In this document: positions 45,248 through 56,860 of the stretch, piece by piece
Position numbering within the stretch: position 1 is the stretch's first letter
Layout of the letters: each line of letters begins with the position of its first letter
Position numbers and translations under genes: made by a program
Source: Malacoraja senta
Taxonomy: Eukaryota
NCBI GenBank assembly: GCA_038087875.1
Contig: CM075997.1
Location: 2,854,001-2,918,000 of the forward strand
Direction: 5' to 3'
DNA: 64,000 nt
The notes under the pieces: generated by a model
Databases searched by the model: none
What the model saw: the letters and a program-made list of their open reading frames with translations, nothing else
Told to the model about the DNA's origin: nothing

Positions 45248-46700
45248 CAGGCACGTGCCATCAGGGTGGCAAGGTAGGCACTGCCTACCCTGACTAAAAT
45301 TATAAAGTGATCATTATTAAATATAAATAGTAAAGTCACAGAAGAATTATGCACGGGAGATAGATCTCATAGGTAGGCATAATTCTCCGTGCCTTTCATG
45401 CGTGGAGATAGATCAGCCATGATTGTCCAGAGGACATAGGTTCAAGGTGAAGGGGAAAAGATTTAATCGGAATCAGAGGGGTAACTTTTCACACAAAGGG
45501 TGGTGGGTGTATGGAACATGCTGCCAGAGGAGGTAGTTGAGGCTGGGACTATCCCATCGTTTAGTACATCCCATCTTTCAGTACAAGTAATACGGGAAAG
45601 TGTGTGCAGCCCACATGCCGTCGATGCTGCTTCAAGCCGTCAATGACAAGGGGAGCTGAAGGCAGCTGAAATTCTAGCGTGGACTGCGTACTGCGCTATG
45701 CGCAGCAACCTACTGTGCAGCGCAAGTTTCTTGGCGTGTTTTTCAAACATGGATTGTAATTATCTTAGAGTATCTTATGAAACAAAGAGAGAAGAATGGA
45801 GTTTGTGTACAAATAATGTGGTAATAATGTGAGAGTTTCTCTCACAGCATGCGGGGAGTCTGGCCAGGGGTAAAGTTGCGGGAGGGCAGGAGCGTTGAGA
45901 AGGAGGGGGTCGGGGATCATGCCAGCAACCAGCTCAAGAGCGGGTCAACGGGCGATGGATGACAGGACAGCGGGCGGTGGAGCTTACTCCATGTGTTAGT
46001 GCGAGTAACCTCAATTGGTCCCTTGTTCGCCGCTGACACAGGAGTAAACTCCACCGCCCGCTGTTCTGTTATCCATCACCCACTGACCCGCTCTGCTCTA
46101 TGATCTTTGCTCTTGAGCTGGTCTCCTCACTGTTCAGACGGAGAGCACTACCAGAGGTGAGCGGGCCGGCAGAAGGCTCTGAGATGGCGGTCGGTTCCGC
46201 TGTCCGGTCCCGGCGGCCGCTCTTAGCCACACGAGGCTACTTCCCTCCCCGGCCACAATGCAGTGGCTCCGCGCCCGTAGCGCTGCGGCAGCGATGAGTG
46301 AGTGGGTTACTGGCATGATCCCCGACCCCCTCCTTCTCATTGCTGCTGCCCTCCCCACAACTTTACACCTGGCCAGACTCGCCACATGCTGCGAAAGGAA
46401 CTCTCCCCCAATTGGTCCTTTGAACTAGTATTGTCATTCAATAAGATCACAACTGAATCAACTTGTCCCGGTGTCCTCCCGTTTTTCCCACCATCTCTCC
46501 ACCTGCCGTCACCCTCCACTCCCCATCCATTCAGTAATTCAGAATGAAGGAGATTTGGAAACCTTGGGCAATTGAATTGTTACTTTCTTTATTTTAATTT
46601 TATATTTTTACGGAGAGAACAATCTGCGCATGCGTGGTTTAAGATTTTTTAAAAGCCGACTGACAGCCTACCCTGAGTAATTACGCACGGCACGTGCCTG
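45248..46700. mobile_element. Non-autonomous hAT-type DNA transposon
   Basis: TIR CAGGCACGTGCC at both ends; 8-bp TSD GTCGAGAC/GTTGAGAC (45240-45247, 46701-46708); no transposase ORF. Confidence 0.8.
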
Positions 46701-46855
46701 GTTGAGACGCCACATTCCTGAGCAGAGTGTAAACAGCAAGGTAGCGCAACAGGTGGTAAATTTACTGTTTAATTACTTTCTCCATTGTCGTTATTGCTCT
46801 GGGAAATACATAACAGTGGGCAGTTTACCTGCTGCACCAGGCTCCGGTAAACTTC

Positions 46856-47055
46856 NNNNNNNNNNNNNNNNNNNNNNNNNNNNNNNNNNNNNNNNNNNNN
46901 NNNNNNNNNNNNNNNNNNNNNNNNNNNNNNNNNNNNNNNNNNNNNNNNNNNNNNNNNNNNNNNNNNNNNNNNNNNNNNNNNNNNNNNNNNNNNNNNNNNN
47001 NNNNNNNNNNNNNNNNNNNNNNNNNNNNNNNNNNNNNNNNNNNNNNNNNNNNNNN
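46856..47055. other. Scaffold gap (200 N)
   Basis: Run of N. Confidence 1.
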
Positions 47056-47659
47056 TACCACGGGAGAAAGGATATACAGAGCAGGAAAGGATATATCAGA
47101 TCTGCTTAAGAAGGAACTGCAGATGCTGGAAAATCGAAGGTAGACAAAAATGCTGGAGAAACTCAGCGGGTGAGGCAGCATCTATGGAGCGAAGGAAATA
47201 GGCGACGTTTCGGGTCGAAACCCTTCTCCAGACTGGTATTTCTTTCTTTGATTCACCAGGGCCGGCACTGTAGGGCCGCTGGTAGAGCTGCTGTCTCACA
47301 GTGCCACAGACACGCCTTGAATCCTGACCTCGGCTGCTTTCTGTGTGGAGTTTGCACATTCTCCCTGTGACTGCGCGGGTTTTCTTCCAAATACGTGCAG
47401 GTTTGTAGGTTTGTTGGCCTCAGTAAATTTGCCGCCCAGCGTGCAGGGAGTGGATGCGAAAGTGGGATAACATAGAACTAGTGTGCACGGGTGATAATGG
47501 TCGGCATGGATTCGGTGGGCCGAAGGGCCAGTTTCCGTGCTGTATCGTTCAATTAATAAAATCAATGCAAACCTGTTATATTTGTATATGGCATAGTTGT
47601 ACTCGTGTATAGATTTATACGTTATATTATGTAATTATATTATCTTATATAAGATATTA

Positions 47660-47969
47660 GGGGCCGCACGGTGACGTAGCGGTGGAGCTACTGCCTCACA
47701 GCGCCAGATACAGGAGTTCGATCCTGACTACGGGTGCTGTCTGTACGGAGTTTGCACGTTCTCTCTGTGACCTGTCACCTGCGTGGGTTTTCTCCGGGTG
47801 CTCTGCTCTCCTCCCACACTCCATAGACATGCGAGTTGGTAGGTTTATTGGCTTGGTATAAATGTAAATTGTCCCGAGTGTGTGTAGGATGGTGCGGGGA
47901 TTGCTGGCCGTCGCTGACTCGATGGGCCGAAGGGCCTGTTTCCGCACTGTATCTCTAAACGAAACTAAA
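47660..47969 (+). mobile_element. HE1-like V-SINE, near full length
   Basis: tRNA-like head, V-domain, CR1-like tail GGGCCGAAGGGCCTGTTTCC...CTAAA. Confidence 0.8.
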
Positions 47970-48017
47970 TATTATATGATCTAATTGGATTGCAGACCCG
48001 ATCCTCCAACCTACTTC

Positions 48018-48238
48018 GAAGGTAGACAAAAATGCTGGAGAAACTCGGCGGGTGCAGCAGCATCTATGGAGCGAAGGAAATAGGCAACGTTTCGGGCCGA
48101 AACGTTGAGTCTGAAGAAGGGTTTCGGGCCAAAACGTTGCCTATTTCCTTCGCTCCATAGATGCTGCCTCACCCGCTGAGTTTCTCCAGCATTTTTGTCT
48201 ACCTTCGATTTTCCAGCATCTGCAGTTCCTTCTTAAAC
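48018..48238. mobile_element. Penelope-type short repeat, inverted pair, with 15-bp TSD
   Basis: TSD CCTCCAACCTACTTC at 48003-48017 and 48239-48253; the two arms are reverse complements around hammerhead-like cores. Confidence 0.8.
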
Positions 48239-49606
48239 CCTCCAACCTACTTCATTTAGGACACTGGACTTTTTCTCAGTAACTGTACAATACTGAAAAC
48301 TATGTTCAGCAATCTGGTATTTTTCTCTTTGCTCTACCTGTTGTACTGTGTAGGGTTAGATTGTGCACGCGTATAGTGTTATTGGATTTAATTGATAGCA
48401 ATGTTTTGCAGTGCTTGTGGAAGGATTACACCAGTACCAACGGCGATACCACATCCCCGCCGATTCCTGGGTGTCCGTGTCTGCTCTGAGTGAAGGAGGA
48501 ACATTCACCTTGTCACTGAGAACCTTGGGCCCATTGAGAGAACGCGCCACCTCGCCAATGACCCATCGCCCGTCCCGTCTATGGAAGTGTCTGCGGTTCC
48601 CATCCTGACCCCGAGCAGTCACCTCAGGACCCACAAACCCCAGGTGGAAGCAAGGCATCCTCCATCCCCAGAGACCGCCTGAGAAGAAGGAGTTGTGTAC
48701 TCATGTGCACAGAAGTCAGACAGAGACCACGAGTAAACCAGACAGCCCCGGCAGTATTTCCCACATCTCACTCGGTAAACTCTGCATGTCCCTGCACTCC
48801 ACACAAGACCCGACACTTTTCTAACACGGGGTATTTTCTTTAATCCTCAATTAATTAGCAGCAAACTGTGGGTGAAGGGATGTCCCGCAGTTAGTCTCCA
48901 GAGAAGAAAACGCGGCCCAACTGTTTAACGCTTTCTGTGCACGTCCAAACTTATAAACCGAAGGCATGAACCTTCAAGAAGGGTTTCGGTCCGAAACGTT
49001 GCCTATTTCCTTCGCTCCATAGATGCTGCTGCACCCGCTGAGTTTCTCCAGCATTTTTGTCTACCTTCGATTTTCCAGCATCTGCAGTTCCTTCTTTAAC
49101 GCATGAAACCTTGAATGCTCTGGAAGATAGACACAAAAAGCTGGAGTAACTCAGCGGATCAGGCAGCATCCCTGGAGAAAAAGGAATAGGTGATGTTTCG
49201 GGTTGAGACCCTTCATCAGACCCGAAACATTACCCATTCTTTTCCTCTAGAGATGCTACCTGACCCGCTGAGTTACTCCAGCTCTTGGTATCTATCTTCG
49301 GTTTTAACCAGCATCTGCAGTTCCTTCCTACACATTGAATGTTCATGTTTGGTTTGGTTTGGCTTATTATGTCACATGTACCAAGGTACAGCAAAGAGCG
49401 TTTGTGTTGCGTACCACCCAGAAAGACAATACATGATTACAACCAGGCCGTCCACAGTGTACAGATACAGGATGAAGGGAATAATAGATAAAGTCCAGTA
49501 AAGTCCGGTTAATGGTAGTCCAAGTGTCTCGTTGCTGGAGTACTGCTCAGGGGCCAGTGTTGGGTATGTTTAGTAACACCTTTAACTCTGAACCGTTCTG
49601 TGTTCT

Positions 49607-49927
49607 ATAGACAATAGACAATAGACAATAGGTGCAGGAGTAGGCCATTCGGCCCTTCGAGCCAGCACCGCCATTCAATGTGATCATGGCCGATCATCCC
49701 CAATCAGTTCCTGCCTTCTCCCCATATCCCCTGACGCCGCTATCTTTAAGAGCCCTATCTAGCTCTCTCTTGAAAGCATCCAGAGAAACGGCCTCCACCG
49801 CCCTCTGAGGCAGAGAATTCCACAGCCTCACAACTCTCTGTGTGAAACAGTGTTTCCTCATCTCCGTTCTAAATGGCTTACTCCTTATTCTTAGGCTGTG
49901 GCCCCTGGTTCTGGACTCCCCCAACAT
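49607..49927 (-). mobile_element. CR1 LINE 3' fragment
   Basis: FTQRVVRLWNSLPQ translation; (AGACAAT)n tail. Confidence 0.85.
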
Positions 49928-52219
49928 TCTGAGACCTAATAGAAGAATATAAAATTATGAGAGGCATTTGTAGACAGGGTATAACTTATGGTTAGAGGGC
50001 CAATGTTTAAGGGAAATGTGTGGAGCAAGTTTGTACTGTACTGTATGTGTGGAACTGTACTATGTGCTATAACTAATAAATAAAAAACGTTCAATAAATA
50101 AAAAACAATATTCTTGCAAATAATCCGTTTTTTAATCCTGCTCATATTACACAGCTTAGTTAGTGTTATGTGGTGTTCAAGAGCCTGGTGGATGTTGGGA
50201 AGAAGCTGTTGTATATGTGTGTGAGTATGGGTATATATACACACACACACTGAACTATTTTTCTCATGTCATAAGGAATAGGAGTAGAATGAGGCCATTC
50301 GGCCCATCAAGTCTACTCCACCATTCAATCATGGCTGAACTATCTCTCCCTGCCAACCCCATTCTCCTGTCTTCTCTCCATAACCTCTAACACCCGTACT
50401 ATTCAAGAATCTATCTATCTCTGCCTTAAAAATATCCACTGACATGGCCTCCACAGCCGTCTGTGGCAAAGTTACTACCCTCTGACTAAAGAAATGTCTC
50501 CTCATCTCCTTCCTAAAAGAACGTCCTTTAATTCTGAGGCTATAACCTCTAGTCATAGACTCTCCCACTAGTGGAAACATCCTCTCCACATCCACTCTAT
50601 CCAAGCCTTTCACTATTGGTAAGTTTCAATGAGGTCCCCCCTCATCCTAAGTTCTGCATCGTGGTCCTGTAATTAGTTGTGTGTATCATGCCCGGTCCCC
50701 CCTCATTCTTCTAAACTCAAAATCTCATTGATTATATTGTTTAGGCTGTACAATGTTTACCTATGTATTGTGCTGTGCTGCTGCAAGTATGGATTTCATT
50801 GTTCTATCTGGGACATATGACAATAAAACAGTCTTGGCTCTTAACTCTTCTTGAACCTGGAGGTCACGGTTTTCAGACAAGTCTGAAGGTAAGCAATTCA
50901 GCACGATGGCAGCTCCAGGGCCAGCGCCAGCGCCAGGGCAGACAGCAGGCAAACACCGTTAAAGTGGGAGAATCAACAAATGTGTGGTTGATGAAAAGAA
51001 TGATTGATTGAAAGATACAAAAGCTTTTCACCGTATTTCGATGCAAATGACAATAAACTAAACGGAACTGAACGTGTGCAGTGAAAACGTTTTTGTTCCG
51101 TGCTAACCAGCCAGCGGAAAGACTACAGGTAGACAAAAATGCTGGAGAAACTCAGCGGGCGAGGCAGCATCTATGGAGCGGAAGAAATAGGCAACGTTTC
51201 GGGTCGAAACCCTTCTTCAGACGAAGGGTTGCCTATTTCCTTCGCTCCATAGTTGCTGCCTCACCCGCTGAGTTTCTCCAGCATTTGTGTCTACCTTCGA
51301 TTTTCCAGCATCTGCAATTCCTTCTTAAACAAGCGGAAACACTATATATAATTGATTACGATTGAGCCGCGGACAGCAAACAGATACATGATGAAGGGAA
51401 TAACGTTTAGTGCAAGATAAAATCCAGTGAAGTGCGCTTAAAGATAGTCCGAGGTTCTTCAATGAGGTAGTTGGTAGCTCTCGGGGAAAAAATCCAATCT
51501 CGCCATCAGTTTCCTGAGTTTGAGATATGAGAACAACATGGATGATTTCGTTCACGAGTCAGGCGAAGGGTCACAGCTAGTTGGAGTTAAGGGCAGACTC
51601 CCAGTAATGCGTGCTGTCGACTGATAAATTGTTGGGAATCGAGATCCAGAGGGCATCGGTTTAAAGTGAAAGGGGAATGATTTTTATAGCAATCTGAGGA
51701 GGTAAATATTTCACCAAAGAGTGGCGGGTGTATGGAACGAGCTGCCAGCGGAGGTAGTTGAGGCAGGGACTATCGCAACGTTTAAGAGACAATTAGACGG
51801 GTACATAGATAGGACAGGTTTAGAGGGATATGGGCCAAACGCAGGCAAGCGGGACTAGTTTAGATAGGACATGTTGGTCGGTGTGGGCAAGTTGGGCCGA
51901 AGGGGCTGTCTCCATGACTCTATGACATAAACAGAAGGAGAAAAGTTCTCATCTTGGAAGAGTTTTTGATGGATGAAGATAATGATTGATTGAAAGAGAC
52001 AGCTTGGAAGCAGGCTCTTCGGCCCACGGACTCCACGCCGACCATCCATCACCCGTTCACACCAGGAACACAGGGGAACACGAGGGACTGCAGATGCTGG
52101 ACTCTTGATATAAACCAACACCTGCAGTTGCTTCCTTCAGGTTTCTTGCAGTTTATTGTCACGTGTACCGAGGTTCAGTGAAAAGCGTTTTGTTGCGTGC
52201 TATCCAGTCAGCGGAAAGA

Positions 52220-53003
52220 CAAGATTCAAGATTGATTCAAGGGATTCAAGAGAGTTTATTGAAATGTGTGCCTGATAGGACAATGAAATTCTTGCTTTGC
52301 TTCAGCACAACAGAATTGACTACAAAACAGATCAGTGTGTCCATATATAATTATATAAATATATACACACATGAATAAATAAACTGATAAAGTGCAAATA
52401 ACAGAAAATGGGCTGTTAATGTTCAGAGTTTTGTCCGAGCCAAGTTTAATAGCCTGATGGCTGTGGGGAAGTAGCTATTCCTGAACCTGGACGTTGCAGT
52501 CTTCAGGCTCCTGTACCTTCTACCTGAAGGTAGCGGGGAGATGAGTGTGTGGCCAGGATGGTGTGGGTCCTTGATGATACTGCCAGCCTTTTTGAGGCAG
52601 TGACTGTGGTAGATCCCCTCGATGGAAGGGAGGTCAGAGCCGATGATGGACTGGGCAGTGTTTACTACTTTTTGCAGTCTTTTCCTCTCCAGGGCGCTCA
52701 AGTTGCCGAACCAAGCCACGATGCAACCGGTCAGCATGCTCTCTACTGTGCACATGTAGAAGTTAGAGAGAGTCCTCCTTGACAAACCGACTCTCCGTAA
52801 TCTTCTCAGGAAGTAGAGGCGCTGATGTGCTTTCTTAATAATGGCATCAGTGTTCTCGGACCAGGAAAGATCTTCAGAGATGTGCACGCCCAGGAATTTG
52901 AAGCTCTTGACCCTTTCAACCATCGACCCGTTGATATAAACGGGACTGTGGGTCCCCATCCTACTCCTTCCAAAGTCCACAATCAGTTCCTTGGTTTTGC
53001 TGG
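52220..53003 (-). mobile_element. Rex1/Babar-type LINE 3' fragment
   Basis: KTKELIVDF, FKFLGVHISEDLSW, KKAHQRLYFLRRL and LPSGRRYRS motifs. Confidence 0.85.
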
Positions 53004-53485
53004 TGATTGTAATCAATACATGATTACAATCGAGCCATTTACAGTGTATAGATTTAGTGCAAGGTAAAGCCAGCAACGTCCGATCAAGGTTTGTCCAAGA
53101 GTCACCAATGAGATAGATAGTAGTTCAGGAAGAAACTGCAGATGCTGATTTAAATCGAAGATAGACATGAAATGCTGGAGTAACTCAGCGGGGCAGGATG
53201 CATCTCTGGAGAGAAGAAATGGGCGACGTTTTGTGTCGAGACGCTTCTTCAGACTGAGAGTTAGGGGAGACACAGAGATAAGGAAGGGTGAAGTGTGAAA
53301 ACGAGACATCAAAGTGGACGAAGTTCAAGGAAAATATAGAATAGATCATTGACAGCAAGGGGAAGGTGACAGCGAGGTATACAAAGATAAGAATGTAATC
53401 AGGACGTCAGTCAGACTGGTCGGAGAACTAGAATGGGGGAGGAATGCAGAGAGAGGGAAAGCAAGTGTTACCTGAAGTTAGAGAA

Positions 53486-53800
53486 GGGCGGCACGGTGGC
53501 GTTACGGTAGAGTTGCTGCCTTACAGCGCTGACGGCACCCGAGACCCGGGTTCGATCCCGACTACGAGTTCTGTCTGTGTGGAGTTTGTACGTTCTCCCC
53601 GTGGGTTTTCTCCGAGATCTTCGGTTTCCTCCCGCACTCCAAAGACGCACGGGTTTGTGGGTTAATTGGCTTGGTATAAATGTAAATTGTCCTTAGTATG
53701 TTTCGGATAGTGTTAATGTGCGGGGATCGCTGGTCGGCGCGGACTCGTTGGGCCAAAGGGCCTGTTTCCGCGCTGTATCTCTAAAAATAAATAAAACTAA
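53486..53800 (+). mobile_element. HE1-like V-SINE, full length
   Basis: GGGCGGCACGGTGGC head through CR1-like tail. Confidence 0.8.
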
Positions 53801-54600
53801 AGTCAATATTCATAAAGCGAGTCGTCTACTTCATGTTCATAAGTGATAGGAGCAGAATTGGGCCTTTCGGCCCATCGAGTCTACTCCGCCATTCAATCAT
53901 GACTAATCTATCTTTCCCTCCTAACCCCATTCTCCTGCCTTCTCCCCATAACCCCTGACACCCGCCCTAACAAAGATCTACTTGCACTCTTTCCAAGATG
54001 CCATCACATTAGAGTCGATACGAGAGAGAATGTTTCCACTAGTGGGAGAGTCTAGGACCAGAGGGCACAGTCTTAGAATAAAATGATGTACCTCTAGAAA
54101 GGAGATGAGGAGGAATTTCTTTAATCAGATGGGAGTGAGTCTGTGGGATTCATTGCCACAGATGGCTGTGGAGGCCATGGATATATCAATGGATAGTTTT
54201 AAAGCGGAGGTTGACAGATTCTTGATTGCTAAGGGTGTCAGGGGTTATGGGGAGAAGGCAGGGGAATGTGGTTGAGATGGAAAGAAAGATCAGCCATGGT
54301 TGAATAGACTAGATGGGCCGAATGGCTGATCCATCTTGCACTACTCGCTTGCATTGCCTCCTGACACTTGAAAGAAACAAAAGTTAACGGACCAGGTCTG
54401 ATCCTTAAATTAAACCGCAGTCAGAGAGTCACAGCGCATGGGAAAAGGCCCTTCGGCCCTCCTTGCCCATACCGAGCAAGAGGTCCAATCTTCACTAGTC
54501 CCACCTGACCAAGTTTGACCCATATCCCTCTAAATCATTCCTATCCAAATGTCTCTTAAATGTAGTATTTGCACCTGCCTCAAACACCTCTTCTGGCAGA

Positions 54601-54637
54601 AGGGTCTGAAGAAGGGTCTCGACCCGAAACGTCGCCT
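54601..54637 (+). ncRNA. Minimal type I hammerhead ribozyme motif (intact core)
   Basis: AGGGU CUGAAGA A GGGUC-UC-GACCC GAAAC GUC GCCU; the host insertion has a 14-bp TSD ACCTCTTCTGGCAG (54586-54599, 54696-54709). Confidence 0.7.
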
Positions 54638-56064
54638 ATTTCCTTCGCTCCATAGATGCTGCCTCACCCGCTGAGTTTCTCCAGCATTTTTGTCTACCTC
54701 TTCTGGCAGCTGGTTCCATGCACCCACTATCCACATTCACTAGGGTGCTGTCTGTGTGGAGTTTGCACGTTCTCCCTGTGACCGCGTGGGTTTCCTCCGG
54801 GTGCTCCGGTTTACTCCCATATCCTAAAGACGTGCGTATTTCTAGGTTAATTGGTCCTCTGTAAACTGCCCCCTAATGTGTAGGGAGTGGAAGAGAAAAT
54901 GGGATCACATAGAACTAGTGTGAACGGTCGGCGTGGACATGATGGGCTGAAGGGCCTGTTTCCATGCTGTATCTCTACACTCAAAAACTCAACCGAACTC
55001 AACTCAGCTAAATTATTTGTTTAAGAAGGAACTGCAGATGCTGGAAAATCGAAGGTAGACAAAAATGCTGGAGAAACTCAGCGGGTGAGGCAGCATCTAT
55101 GGAGCGAAGGAATAGGTGACGTTTCGGGCCGAAATCCTTCTTCAGACCCTCACATAGTCTGAAGAAGGGTTTCGGCCCGAAACGTTGCCTATTTCCTTAG
55201 CTCCATAGATGCTGCCTCACCCGCTGAGTTTCTCCAGCATTTTGTGTCTATCTTCGGATTAAACCAGCATCTGCAGTTCCTTCCTGCACATCAACTCAAC
55301 GCAACTAAACTCAACTTTAAACTAAACTAAACTAAACTCGCAGGGAATCGGCACGCCAGTGTTTACAGGTAGGTTCATGCCAGCCCAGCTGACCTCCAGA
55401 AGTAAATACTTCATTGAATTTCAACGCCGGGCTAGTATCTGTCAGCGGAAACGCTGGACACTGCGAGAGCAAGCTGCATTTTTGCGGCCGGGGTGCGGAT
55501 GAAGCGAGTTCATTGTCTGGCGAGCCCGACCCGGGAGAGAGAAGGAAAACCTTTCAAGGCGGCGATGTTTCGGCGCCGCCTGAAATCCCATTTCAGACAA
55601 GATTCGCCCTGTTGCTGATCTTCCTGCTAGAAATGGCCGAGAAATCCCACAGAAACACCGCGAAACCGCAGCAAGCTCACACTTACTTTCCCCCCTTCCA
55701 CTGAAGGGATTAACCGCTTGGACTCGCCAACCCATTTGCAGAGCGGAGGGGGCGATGGGCCGGAGAAGGGCCGGTCAGTGGACAGTCTCGCTATTGTAAG
55801 CGCCCCTTTGGTGTACATTCATAGAGTCTTACAGCACGGAAACTTCCGACCAATTTCTCCCTGCCGCCTCATCTCAGTCTGAAGAACGGCCTCCACCCGA
55901 AACGTGTTCTCCACAGATGCTGCCTGTCCCGCTGGGTTACTCCAGCTTTTTGTGACTATCTTCGGTTTAAACCAGCATCAATCTGCTGTTCCTTCCTACA
56001 CATTCTGACTGCCTCATCTAAACTCGGATAGAGACAATGAGACACAATGCTGGAGAAAGATCAT

Positions 56065-56860
56065 TCAATTCAATTCAATTCAATTCAACTTTAATGTCAT
56101 TGCACAAATACTGAGTATGGGTACAACGAAATGCAGTTTTGCGTCAGTCCGTAGTAGTAGTGCAATATAGAAATTAAAAAAAAAAAGAGGATACAGAATA
56201 ATCAAAAATACAGAATAATTAACAATGGGGACGGAGGGACCGGAGGAATCTATCGGCGGGACTCCGAGTTCAGCAATGCGACGGTATAATTGTAGAAGCT
56301 GTTCCTCATCCTACTGGTACGAGACCTGAGGCTCCTGTACCGCCTCCCTGATGGGAGGAGGGCAAACAGTCCATGGTTGGGGTGGGAGGGGTCTTTAATG
56401 ATCTTCCCAGCCCGTTTCAGGCACCGTTTTCGGTGGAGGGCATCCATGGCAGGGAGCGGGGCACCGATGATGTGCTGCGCGGTTTTCACCACCCGTTGTA
56501 GTGCCTTCCTGTCAGCAACAGTGCAGCTGCTGTACCATACCGTGAAGCAGGTGGTCAGGATGCTCTCGATGGTACAGCGGTAGAAGTTGGTCAGGATCTG
56601 GGGGGACAGGTGGGCTTTCTTGAGCCTCCTCAGGAAGTAAAGGCGCTGCTGTGCCTTTTTGATCAGCTTGGAGGTGTTGAGGGACCAGGACAAATCCTCC
56701 GAGATGTGTACCCCGAGGAATTTGTAGCTGGAGACGCGCTCCACCTCAGTCCCCGTTTATATGGATGGGGGTATGTCTGCCCCCTCTGACCTTCCTGAAG
56801 TCGACAATAATTTCCTTCGTCTTCTTGGAGTTGAGGACGAGGTTATTGTTGGCACACCAG
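56065..56860 (-). mobile_element. Rex1/Babar-type LINE 3' fragment
   Basis: YKFLGVHISEDLSWS...KKAQQRLYFLRRLKK; (CAATT)n tail. Confidence 0.85.

Noticed and set aside
48356..48816. Short ORFs in a unique stretch
   Set aside because: No motif, splice pairing or homology that I can support.
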